Shown here piece by piece: positions 45,482 to 55,098 of a DNA stretch of 64,000 bases. The DNA is from an uncultured archaeon (GTDB taxonomy: Archaea > Thermoplasmatota > Penumbrarchaeia > JASLWR01): positions 64,001-128,000 of the forward strand of contig CAYSHM010000001.1 in NCBI GenBank assembly GCA_964430885.1, read 5' to 3'. The notes beneath the pieces are model-generated. The model did no database searches. It had not been told where the DNA came from and worked only from the letters and a program-made list of their open reading frames with translations. The number at the start of each line of letters is the position of its first letter. Position 1 is the stretch's first letter. Position numbers and translations under genes: made by a program.

Positions 45482-48400
45482 ATGAACAAGAATAAACAAA
45501 GTAACAAGAGATTTCATAACTTAATGATAGCAACTATTCTTTTGTTTGCTTCCTTCGGAGCAATAATATTTGCAACAGATTATGCTAGTGCGGGCCCGAT
45601 CGTTTTGATTAATATTACTGGTCAGCAGAGCGGAACTTCTATCGAAACTGGTGATCCAGGTCAGGATATATTATTTGATGTTAGAGTGGAGAACAATGGG
45701 GATACAATAGCTACTATTAATCTTACAATCATTGGAACTCCAGTTACGTGGGGTAGTACCTTGACGGGAACTGATTTTACAGTTTCAGCCGGGTCTAGTG
45801 TCACTGAAATATTAACAGTTCATATATATGAAGAGGCTCTAGAGACTGCCACGGCTTCCATGACCGTAAAGGATTCCACAAATAATAAGCAGGATACATG
45901 TACCGTGAATGTAGATCAAACCTTTGGTTTGATATATGAATCGGCAGATACCATAAAATCTTCATTGCCTGATTCTATAATCACTTTCACACTACCAATT
46001 AATAACACGGGTAATGGAGTAGATACCACAAGTTTCAGCGATATCGGTGCACCACAAGATTGGGAAGTGTCCTATGATAATACAAAAAATCTACCAGCAT
46101 TCAGTTTGGTTAATTTTGGAGTTTCAGTATACATCCCTGCCGGAACTAATTCAGGCACTTATTCTGTGTCAATGACTGGAACTTCAGAAGATACAATTAC
46201 CACCACCACGAAAACACTTACCATAACAGTTGAAGCAGAGTACGGATTGATTGTAACAACATTACCGAGCGCTAGCTTGGAAGTCAGCCCCGGTGGCAAG
46301 GCAACATATACCTTAGAGGTTACGAACGAGGGTAACGCTCAGGATCGTTTTGACTTGGCCATTGAAAGTAAAACTGTAGGCTGGACAGTCACTTTGCTGA
46401 CCCAAACAACTCCGAAATTATCGGCAGGTGAGTCATACGAGGTAACAATGCACGTCAGATCACCAATAAATGCATTGGATTCTGATCTGGGCTACGCAAA
46501 CGTAACCGTTTCTTCACAAGAAAATGAATCTCAGAATGAAACAGCATTTACAATTACAACTATACTGCAAGAGCGATACTTATCCTTAGGTGTAGATAAC
46601 TCAACAGTATCTGGAGCACAAGATGATACTGTAACATTCAATTTTGAATTGACGAATTCCGGTAACGGCCAGGACCGAGTGGATATTACAGCGACTCCTC
46701 CTGATGGCTGGTCATCCCCAAACATTTCACCAATCTTCTTCACTTTAGATTCTGGACAGACGGATCAATTTACAGTTCAGCAGACAATACCTTCTGACGC
46801 ATTGAACGAAGGTTATACATTGCTGGTTACTGCTCAGTCAAGGGATGATGCAAATGCGAGCACACAGGCGAGTGTAACAGTAGATGTGGATCAGGAATTT
46901 GGCGTCCAGGTAAGCATACCAGGTTCAAACTCCAAGGACGTCAATCCCGGTGACACGGTCTCTTACACTTTCGATGTCAAGAACAAAGGAAATGGAGAAG
47001 ATACATTTTCCATTGATCAAAGCGGAATACCTGCAGGTTGGTCATGGGTTCTTTCAGATAGTTCAGTTACCATCAATCCTGGAGAGATACAGACTGTCAA
47101 CCTCACAGTTACAGTGCCCGGTGATTACGAACAATTTGGGCCCCTTGAAGCGGAGGTTATAGCTACCTCTGATGGCGATGCCCAAGTTTCCGATAATTCA
47201 AGCAAAATTATCATAAATATTCAGAAATTCTACAATGTAGTACTATCAAGCAATAGTCTTGCCAAGAGCGCTTTCCCTGAAGAGGTTATTAATTATACCA
47301 TCACAATTACTAATGAAGGGAACGCGGAAGACCTAATAAAAGTAGAGGTTGATGATGGACCTTACAGCGACTGGACATCTTTGGATTCTTCTCTTTTCAC
47401 CATAGGTCCCAATAATAATTCAGTTGCGACATTATCGGTAGAGATACCTGATAATCAGGAAGCGGCAAAATATTACATCAACCTAACAGCTACTTCAGAA
47501 TACGCTGATGACAAGGGCCTTGTTGTCACAGATACGATATCCACAAAAACAACTGTTAAACCCCTTTATGAAGTATATTTATTCCCTGACGGCGGAAATT
47601 TAAAGGAGGCTGCCGCAGGCGAATCAGTAGCATACATGTTGGGCGTCCAGAACCGTGGTTTGGATGTTGACACATTTGATATGGAATTCTCCGGTGATTA
47701 TCCATTCACAAATTGGGTAGTTATGGATTACGAGAACTACACGGTGACCGACCTAGCTTCAAATGCAATTCAACAGATTTCTTTCTCAGTAGATATACCC
47801 GCAAATGTTCATGAGAATCACCCAGGATTGACCTCTGGAATTATTAACATAACAGGTACTTCAAGAGGGGACCCGGATCAGAGTTATGCCATTAGTTTTG
47901 AAACAGTCGTGAAAGCCGAGTATGGCGCGACTCTTTCAACTGAAAATGATTATGACAGTGCAATGCCTGGCTCCAATGCATCATTTACTGTGACCTTGAA
48001 GAACACTGGATCGTCAGCTTCAGACATATTTGGTGTTAAAGAAAAGGATTCAGAGTTTGAGAACATCTACATATCACCTTCAACTATTGAGATAAACCGT
48101 TCAGCTACTGTGGAAATAACGATTACAGTAACAATTGACGAAGATGCCAAAATGGGAACACATATGTTCAACATAACTGCGAAATCCGCCGGAGCTGACG
48201 GAATCCTTTCCGGAGGGGATGAAATTGTTGCTACATTGTCCCTAGAGATTAGAGTTGAACAGAAGTTCGACATCAGGGCAACCTGTTCCCAGAATGCCAA
48301 GGAAATTGCCCCCGGCGAATATGTTCTATATGAAATTGAGATAGAGAACCAGGGTAATGGAGAAGATACATTCGATATCACAAAATATTCCTCAAATGTC

Positions 48401-51400
48401 ACACATCTCGGTTGGGCGGTGTTGGACGCGAGCAGTCTCACTCTAGATAGCGAAGAAATAGTGACAGTAGAAATGAATATAACAATTCCGTCAAACACCG
48501 AGCCGATAAATGTGAACATTTACGTTAATATTTCATCAAGAGAAAACGATACTGCGAAGGTCAGTGTTAGGACCATAACAACTGTTACCCAGAAATATGC
48601 TTTACGATTGACCAGCAATGACCTCAACAAGGATGCAGACCCTGATTCAATCGTTACTTTCAATATTGATATTAAGAACGATGGAACTGGAACCGATCAA
48701 TTTGAATTGACAGTTGTATCTGAAGGAGCAGCTGGTGCTCAGGCCAGTTGGGTATCAATCCCCATTCAGGATACGATATTCACACTATCGCCTTCGGAGC
48801 TCAAAAGAGTGGTCATTGATGTTTCGATCCCTGCCGATACCGAAGTAGGGGATTATCAGGTCTCCTTAAAAGCCGAATCATTGAGGAGTATTGAAGATGT
48901 GGAAGATACTATTACTGCAACCGTTACAGTCAATCCAAAAAGAGACATTTCTTTGGAACTGCCGGAGGACCGTAAGGAAATCGTACCAAATCTGAGCGGC
49001 GATGAAGCAGAGGTCCCTTATGATCTCAAAGTAATTAATAAAGGGACTGATACGGACCAATATAAATTACAGATCATGGGAGCCCCATATTCTGATCATC
49101 CCTCTTGGGTCAGATTGTCTACAAAGACCATTTCCTCCCTGTCAGCGGATGCGGAGAAGACTGTTACAGTAACAATAGAAATCCCCAACAATGAAGCGCC
49201 TACAAGCTCGGATGGATTCAATACAGTGATCTATGTTTATTCACCGGGTGAATCAGGCACTGCTGATGATATCGGTATGATGATCAACATTACTACAGTA
49301 ATAAAGACAGCTTACGGATTGGAACTAAGTGCCAATTCCGAGAAGAAGGAAACCCCCTCACTGCCCAATGCAGCAGCAAGATATCGAACCGTATCATTCC
49401 CATTCTCAGTTGAAAATCTGGGAACCGGCGATGATGCAGTGAAATTTGAGATTGAGGATAAACCGGATGATTGGAACGATGTATCCATCGATTTGTCCAC
49501 TGAAGACCTTGCCGAGGGCGCCAAGATCAATGCCTTGCTGACTGTAAATGTTGATAGAGAGGTAGCAACAGGGAACTACGATATCAAAGTAAAGGTAACT
49601 TCCCGGGGAGATGATTCTCTTTATGTAACCGATTCTAACGATGAAGATGAGAACGATGAGTTCGAAGAGATCACCTTCACTGTTAAGGTAACGGTCATCA
49701 ATGAGGTCAAGATCACCTCCCCAAAAGCCATTCAGGAAGGAAATCCTGGTTCTACAGTCACTTATACTATCAAGGTGGAGAATCTCGGTAATGAAAAGAG
49801 CGACATATCGTTAAAACTTCCAAATACATTGGTGGATTGGGCTTCATCCATAACCATCTCTCCCTCGTCTATTTCTCTTGATGCCAAAGGAGGAAGCAAT
49901 GATGAGGCTGAAGCAACCATGACAGTTAGGATTTCGAGTGATTACAGCGAAGCACTATCCGAAACTTATGTAACAATGATAACAGCCGAAGCAGGTGACC
50001 GTGATGACATGTTCACCACTACACTGAATCTATCAACAACTATTCATCAGGAATATGGATTGGACCTATCTAGTACCGACTGGGATAAGGACCTGGAAGT
50101 GGATAATGTGAGAAATCCCTCCGCCCAGACAGTTAGATATTCATTCAAGGTGGAGAACACTGGTAATGGAAGGGACCGATATGAACTGGAATTAAGCGGA
50201 GATTATGCAAAATGGGCCAAATTCGACAATGATCTTACAACCAAGACAACCGATTACATTGAGGCTGGGGAAACACTGCTTCTTTATGTTGATGTTATTG
50301 TGGATATAAATGACAAGAACGATTTCGAGGAATTCTCTGCTGGAGATTATGACATTACGCTGAAAGTGACCTCCATGGGTGACGATACTAAATATCTCAG
50401 TACGACCTTGAGTATTACCATAGAGGAAGCCTTTTATGTTATACTCACACCTTATTCCGATGCCCAGACTATAACTATGAACCCCTCAGAGAAGATCACC
50501 TACACCTATAAGATAGACGCTGAGAATGCAGGCAATAAAGATGATACGGTGAAGTTCCAGGTGAAGGATTACCCTGATGATTGGTCAGTCAGTTTCAGCC
50601 CATCTTCCAGAAAAGTGGATATTGGATCAACTGAGACAATAAATCTAGAGATATCACCGGATTCAGAAGTCGAGGAGGGCAATTACTATATCAAGGTCAG
50701 AGCCCAGAGCAGCGATGGAACCTATAGCGATCAGTTCTCAATTACTGTTACAATAGAGCTGCCAGTCCTCGAACTGAATAAACCCGTGATAGATGAGGAT
50801 AAACTCAAGGCAGGTGAAGAGATCGATATTGTTGTTACACTAGAGAACACAGGTCTGGGTGATGCAGAGGATATAACTGTCAATTTCTACGATGATAAAA
50901 AATTAATAGGCAGTGCCGATGTATCAGATCTTAAAGCGGGTGATAGTGAAGAGATAACCTTTTCAGATTGGAACGCAGAGGATATCACGTCAGGTGAGCA
51001 CAAGATAAGGGTTACAGTGTCCCAGCCTTTATCCGGCGAGGAAGAGGAAGAGGAAAAGAAAATTGAGGTTCCAGAGGAATTAGGTTTCTTCGATGAACTT
51101 CCAAAGGGTTCACTATACACAATAGGCATTCTGGGTGTAATAATTATTATTTTGATAATAATAATAATTGCACTGTTCTCCCGTACAAGGAGATCACTTC
51201 CGGAGGACTACAAGGACGAGATAGCCAAAGCTAAATCCGAAGGTGATGAGGAAGAGGAAGAGGAGGAGGAGGAAGAAGTGGAGGACAAGAAGCTTCTAGC
51301 CTCGAAAGAGCGGCCAGCTTTACCGGAAAAAGCCGGGGAAGAGGGGGAAGAGGGTGAGGATAAGAAACCTCCAAAAAAGGTAAAGATCAAATGCCCCAAG

Positions 51401-51490
51401 TGTAATGAGATCCAAACAGTCACGTCCCCCAAACGTCCCTTGGAGTTTGAATGCGACGAATGCGGCATGAGACTTATATTAAAGAAATAG
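45482..51490 (+). CDS. Giant cell-surface glycoprotein with ~15 NEW3/COG1470-like Ig repeats, CARDB domain, TM and cytoplasmic zinc ribbon
   Basis: Signal peptide, ~15 repeats with 'V.N.GN..D.F.L' about every 105-130 aa, CARDB-like last domain, TM, poly-E, CPKC...CDEC. Confidence 0.88.
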   Translation: MNKNKQSNKRFHNLMIATILLFASFGAIIFATDYASAGPIVLINITGQQSGTSIETGDPGQDILFDVRVENNGDTIATINLTIIGTPVTWGSTLTGTDFTVSAGSSVTEILTVHIYEEALETATASMTVKDSTNNKQDTCTVNVDQTFGLIYESADTIKSSLPDSIITFTLPINNTGNGVDTTSFSDIGAPQDWEVSYDNTKNLPAFSLVNFGVSVYIPAGTNSGTYSVSMTGTSEDTITTTTKTLTITVEAEYGLIVTTLPSASLEVSPGGKATYTLEVTNEGNAQDRFDLAIESKTVGWTVTLLTQTTPKLSAGESYEVTMHVRSPINALDSDLGYANVTVSSQENESQNETAFTITTILQERYLSLGVDNSTVSGAQDDTVTFNFELTNSGNGQDRVDITATPPDGWSSPNISPIFFTLDSGQTDQFTVQQTIPSDALNEGYTLLVTAQSRDDANASTQASVTVDVDQEFGVQVSIPGSNSKDVNPGDTVSYTFDVKNKGNGEDTFSIDQSGIPAGWSWVLSDSSVTINPGEIQTVNLTVTVPGDYEQFGPLEAEVIATSDGDAQVSDNSSKIIINIQKFYNVVLSSNSLAKSAFPEEVINYTITITNEGNAEDLIKVEVDDGPYSDWTSLDSSLFTIGPNNNSVATLSVEIPDNQEAAKYYINLTATSEYADDKGLVVTDTISTKTTVKPLYEVYLFPDGGNLKEAAAGESVAYMLGVQNRGLDVDTFDMEFSGDYPFTNWVVMDYENYTVTDLASNAIQQISFSVDIPANVHENHPGLTSGIINITGTSRGDPDQSYAISFETVVKAEYGATLSTENDYDSAMPGSNASFTVTLKNTGSSASDIFGVKEKDSEFENIYISPSTIEINRSATVEITITVTIDEDAKMGTHMFNITAKSAGADGILSGGDEIVATLSLEIRVEQKFDIRATCSQNAKEIAPGEYVLYEIEIENQGNGEDTFDITKYSSNVTHLGWAVLDASSLTLDSEEIVTVEMNITIPSNTEPINVNIYVNISSRENDTAKVSVRTITTVTQKYALRLTSNDLNKDADPDSIVTFNIDIKNDGTGTDQFELTVVSEGAAGAQASWVSIPIQDTIFTLSPSELKRVVIDVSIPADTEVGDYQVSLKAESLRSIEDVEDTITATVTVNPKRDISLELPEDRKEIVPNLSGDEAEVPYDLKVINKGTDTDQYKLQIMGAPYSDHPSWVRLSTKTISSLSADAEKTVTVTIEIPNNEAPTSSDGFNTVIYVYSPGESGTADDIGMMINITTVIKTAYGLELSANSEKKETPSLPNAAARYRTVSFPFSVENLGTGDDAVKFEIEDKPDDWNDVSIDLSTEDLAEGAKINALLTVNVDREVATGNYDIKVKVTSRGDDSLYVTDSNDEDENDEFEEITFTVKVTVINEVKITSPKAIQEGNPGSTVTYTIKVENLGNEKSDISLKLPNTLVDWASSITISPSSISLDAKGGSNDEAEATMTVRISSDYSEALSETYVTMITAEAGDRDDMFTTTLNLSTTIHQEYGLDLSSTDWDKDLEVDNVRNPSAQTVRYSFKVENTGNGRDRYELELSGDYAKWAKFDNDLTTKTTDYIEAGETLLLYVDVIVDINDKNDFEEFSAGDYDITLKVTSMGDDTKYLSTTLSITIEEAFYVILTPYSDAQTITMNPSEKITYTYKIDAENAGNKDDTVKFQVKDYPDDWSVSFSPSSRKVDIGSTETINLEISPDSEVEEGNYYIKVRAQSSDGTYSDQFSITVTIELPVLELNKPVIDEDKLKAGEEIDIVVTLENTGLGDAEDITVNFYDDKKLIGSADVSDLKAGDSEEITFSDWNAEDITSGEHKIRVTVSQPLSGEEEEEEKKIEVPEELGFFDELPKGSLYTIGILGVIIIILIIIIIALFSRTRRSLPEDYKDEIAKAKSEGDEEEEEEEEEEVEDKKLLASKERPALPEKAGEEGEEGEDKKPPKKVKIKCPKCNEIQTVTSPKRPLEFECDECGMRLILKK

Positions 51491-51524
51491 TATCATAAGC
51501 CAGAAATACGAAGGAAATGTATAT

Positions 51525-51552
51525 AAGGCGCTATCGAGTATAGCGCCTTTTT
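51525..51552 (+). terminator. Perfect 10-bp hairpin followed by T-tract
   Basis: AAGGCGCTAT-CGAGT-ATAGCGCCTT then TTT. Lies 35 nt after the surface-protein stop and just before tRNA-His. Confidence 0.5.
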
Positions 51553-51561
51553 GTTATTTAT

Positions 51562-51635
51562 GGCTGAGATAGTGTAGCCTGGCAGCATATGGGACTGTGG
51601 ATCCTCTGGCCCGGGTTCAAATCCCGGTCTCGGCC
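51562..51635 (+). tRNA. tRNA-His(GTG) with encoded G-1
   Basis: G-1 at 51562, acceptor GCTGAGA/TCTCGGC + C discriminator, anticodon GTG at 51597-51599, T-arm CCGGG-TTCAAAT-CCCGG. Confidence 0.93.
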
Positions 51636-51652
51636 CTTTTTTATTTAGTTTT

Positions 51653-53707
51653 TTATAGGACTACTTTCTGCAGGTAATCGGAGATTCCGATTAATCTTTC
51701 CACTTCTCCTCTCCAGTTCAGCAGAATATTTTCATATTTTTTCTCTATCCTGTTAATGCTACTAGATAAATGCCTGAATATTCTGTTCTTATTACCTGAT
51801 TCTGAGATTCCCACAAGTATGAGGTCCTTTCCTGTAGCTATTACAACCGAGAATTTACCAAAGTCAATGGTGTTGAGAAATATTTTTTCACCGGCTATGC
51901 TTTCCGGCAGGTCAAATGAATCTTTAATGAAGTTTTTTACAGCTATCAACATGCTCCCCAGTATATCTTTGTCAACAATACTTCGCTGTCTGAAAACAAT
52001 ATGTTCTATAAGTATTCCATAGGTTGTCATTAGGAACAATTCATCAATGCCCATATCCGAAGCTTTTCCCTTTTTAATGGTTTTCGCTTCTGGAAATGTA
52101 AATGAAAATACATCTTCTTTTAAACCTTTTGGTGATCGACATCTGTGGGAATCAATACTGAATTTGGAATATTGTTCAAGGTCAGCCCAAATTGCAGGGG
52201 TGTACATTGAGGAACCAAGGGAAATACCCGCTTCTTCCATCATGGTTATTGCCGTGGTTGATAAGTATATAGAATGGCCAAAATCATATGTTTTTATCGA
52301 TTTGATAGCATCTATCAATAACATGTGTATCTCTTTTCTTTTGGCATCATTTTTCCTCATTTTTTCAATTATTCTAGATCCCTCAACAATATAAGTCATA
52401 GCTTTTCGGTATTCAAAACGGTCAATTTTAAGTGTATCAAGGGCTTCTTTTGCCTTGTCTTTAACTAGGGGATTGGAATCTTCAGTTGAATTGATTAGGG
52501 CAGGAATGGTATCAACTACGTATTCTCTATTGATTATGCCTATGTTCTTAATAATTTGAGCTATTCGCCATCTCACGAAGTAATAATTGTCCTTCAATCC
52601 TATAATGATCTCTTTAATGTTATCCTTGAATACTGATATATTCAGAAAACTGATAATTGTCAATGTGTTAGCTATTGATTTCTTAACTTCATTACTTCTT
52701 TCTTTCATCAATTTTTCAATAAGAATAGGTGCTAGCTGTTCACATGATTTGGGGCTGTATGGTATCAATGATCCCAGTGCGGATATTGTTTCAGCTCTTA
52801 CGATTATATTCCTGTTATTCATTTGTTCCTGTAGAATGGGAATAACTAACCGAGTTTGTTTTTTCCCTATATCTATTATGAAACTGGTAATGGTATTCTT
52901 ATCCGTTACGGCGCTGGAAGCATAGGCATTAATCAGCAAGTTCAATAGTGCGGTCAAGTCTTTTGACAGATCCGATAGAATATCATAAACATCTTGTTTT
53001 ACAAGGTTGTTTTTGTTATCAAGTTCGTTTATTATTAAGGGTATTACTTCGTCCGGGTTCTGCATTCCAACATTCTTGATGATCGACATCGAAGCTTCTC
53101 GAATATCAGAATTTTCATCTACCTTATATTGTCTTAATTTTTCATTCTTATAGCAGTCCATGAATAATTTATGGATGTATTGAATATTTTTTTTAAGATA
53201 GACCGGTTCCTTTCTACTTATTTTCTCTAAAGCAAACAAAGAAGAGGCATACAGAGAGATTTTATCATCAGTAAATGTGTGGGGTGGATATAATGGATAC
53301 TTCAAGGGCCGATTTAAAATTGCTGACATCCTTCCCTCAAGATTTGGCACCCTTCCTATAATATTACCAATACAGTATATAATATTCGTAAAGGGCTTCC
53401 ATCTTTTTATCCTTCCGTTTTTCATCTCAATAAGTGACCATTTCAGAATATTTTCCAAATTTTTATAATTCTTGATCACTGGTCTTTTATTTATCTCTGA
53501 GATACTCTTAATAAGATTGGAGGCCCCTATTCTGACTCTTTCGTTCCGGTGCTTCAGGAGGGGTACTAGTTGGTTCAATATTTCTTCAAGTGGTTTCTCC
53601 TTTTTACCAATGATATATTTATCAATTTTTTCAATAGCATTTTTTCTCTTTTTTGGTTTGGGGCTCTGAATATTTTTCAATTCCTTTTTAATATCTTTAG
53701 GAAGCAT
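51653..53707 (-). CDS. HEAT-repeat protein with C-terminal longin/roadblock-like domain
   Basis: HEAT motifs (ERVRIGASNLI, IIVRAETISALG, FVRWRIAQII, LVKDKAKEAL). C-terminal ~130 aa 'IDELFLM..YGILI.H...DKDILGSML.AV.NFIKDSF...NW.G'. Confidence 0.75.
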   Translation of the reverse strand: MLPKDIKKELKNIQSPKPKKRKNAIEKIDKYIIGKKEKPLEEILNQLVPLLKHRNERVRIGASNLIKSISEINKRPVIKNYKNLENILKWSLIEMKNGRIKRWKPFTNIIYCIGNIIGRVPNLEGRMSAILNRPLKYPLYPPHTFTDDKISLYASSLFALEKISRKEPVYLKKNIQYIHKLFMDCYKNEKLRQYKVDENSDIREASMSIIKNVGMQNPDEVIPLIINELDNKNNLVKQDVYDILSDLSKDLTALLNLLINAYASSAVTDKNTITSFIIDIGKKQTRLVIPILQEQMNNRNIIVRAETISALGSLIPYSPKSCEQLAPILIEKLMKERSNEVKKSIANTLTIISFLNISVFKDNIKEIIIGLKDNYYFVRWRIAQIIKNIGIINREYVVDTIPALINSTEDSNPLVKDKAKEALDTLKIDRFEYRKAMTYIVEGSRIIEKMRKNDAKRKEIHMLLIDAIKSIKTYDFGHSIYLSTTAITMMEEAGISLGSSMYTPAIWADLEQYSKFSIDSHRCRSPKGLKEDVFSFTFPEAKTIKKGKASDMGIDELFLMTTYGILIEHIVFRQRSIVDKDILGSMLIAVKNFIKDSFDLPESIAGEKIFLNTIDFGKFSVVIATGKDLILVGISESGNKNRIFRHLSSSINRIEKKYENILLNWRGEVERLIGISDYLQKVVL

Positions 53708-53740
53708 TGTTGCACCGGTTTTTTGGAAGGACTTCTATTA

Positions 53741-54292
53741 TTAGTTTCTGTTACGGTAGTATATAATAACTGCTACCATAAGGACCGAGGCAATAAAAAT
53801 CATATGAAAGCCTGGACTATCCTTTTCTTTTCCATTGTCGGATGTGTTACCATCTGGTTCAGAATCATCGTCACCAGGTGTATCATCATCAGATGTTTCG
53901 TTGCCAGTATCCAAGTGACCATCCAGATCGATCTCTTCAAAATCATTTTGATAGGTCTCAGTTCCATTATATGTGATCATTATCTTGTATTGATAGTGAT
54001 ATTGTACATCAAAATCTTCATAAGTGATTTCATAAGACCCAGGAGAATTTTGGGTCATTGGCAATGTGTCAGGCCGCAGACACATCTCACCTTCGCATTT
54101 CTGTATCATGAAATCAATTTTTTCAATATTATCTCCACTTACCGAGATATTTAGAACAAAGATTGCATCTTCGTAGTTTGTACCTGAGATATTTTCTTCC
54201 ATATTTGTAATGGAAACTTCCTCTGCAATTGCGGAAGGTAGTCCCAGTAATACCAGTATAGCTATCACAACTATCATTATTCTCCATTTCAT
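53741..54292 (-). CDS. Secreted protein with PGF-CTERM-like sorting signal
   Basis: Signal peptide, acidic linker, C-terminal SPGF + hydrophobic helix + RNRN. Confidence 0.75.
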   Translation of the reverse strand: MKWRIMIVVIAILVLLGLPSAIAEEVSITNMEENISGTNYEDAIFVLNISVSGDNIEKIDFMIQKCEGEMCLRPDTLPMTQNSPGSYEITYEDFDVQYHYQYKIMITYNGTETYQNDFEEIDLDGHLDTGNETSDDDTPGDDDSEPDGNTSDNGKEKDSPGFHMIFIASVLMVAVIIYYRNRN

Positions 54293-54389
54293 TTTATCAC
54301 CGAATTAGATACTTTTTTTGAAATATGATTTTACATTGTATATATTTAGCTTATATTAATACCAAATAATAATAATAATAACCCAGGGC

Positions 54390-54986
54390 TTAGAGGTTGC
54401 TTCCACCATAGAACAAGGTGACTCCGATATCACATATTATTCTAGCCTTATCGTTTATCACAACAGCAGATCTATGTATTGTGACCGTGTTCTTGCTGGA
54501 TTCGGTCTGGCTTGCTCCGCAACTTAGATCGATAATGTCGTTATTGACAGAAGTAATCGTGATGTTTATTTCCATATTGTTCTTCAATCCGAGGGTATCC
54601 TTGATTATTTGTATATCCAACACATCAACAAGGGCAATTATTTTATCATAACTAAGAACGCCGTAGCTTCTATTATCCCTGCATAATCCCAATGATTCCA
54701 TATAATATACGTTCTCGTTGTTGATATGTACCCCAGGTATATATTCCCAATTACGGGTTTTCATATGGGGTTTATTCATATTAGAAACCATTCCTGTGTT
54801 GCTTACTAAACTTTCGGACACACTGATGCATTTGTCCTCAACACCCGTAGTTTCACCACTTGAAGAATCAAATAATGTGGATACGGCTGTGAAATAAATG
54901 CTGGTCACTAGAATGAACACTGTAAATGCGAATATGTATTCGATAACTGGAGCAATGCCATCCTTATCACCTTTCAGCATTCTCAT
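54390..54986 (-). CDS. Type IV pilin-like protein (class III signal peptide)
   Basis: Short charged leader ending KDG followed by hydrophobic IAPVIEYIFAFTVFILV. Confidence 0.55.
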   Translation of the reverse strand: MRMLKGDKDGIAPVIEYIFAFTVFILVTSIYFTAVSTLFDSSSGETTGVEDKCISVSESLVSNTGMVSNMNKPHMKTRNWEYIPGVHINNENVYYMESLGLCRDNRSYGVLSYDKIIALVDVLDIQIIKDTLGLKNNMEINITITSVNNDIIDLSCGASQTESSKNTVTIHRSAVVINDKARIICDIGVTLFYGGSNL

Positions 54987-55098
54987 TCCAATCCCTTTTT
55001 GGAAAGCAGTATCGTATGAGGTTCATTCATCTTAAGCTTAACATTAGTTAGTTCCATTGTTAAACGAATCAATTAATTGATACTTTAAATAGGATATA

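Noticed and set aside
45312-45533. 73-aa minus-strand ORF
   Set aside because: It lies in the AT-rich divergent promoter region and overlaps the start of the 2002-aa gene. Its composition looks non-coding.
43389-51561. Genomic island integrated at a tRNA
   Set aside because: I saw no integrase and no duplicated tRNA 3' end, and the segment contains core genes (pth2, DUF99).
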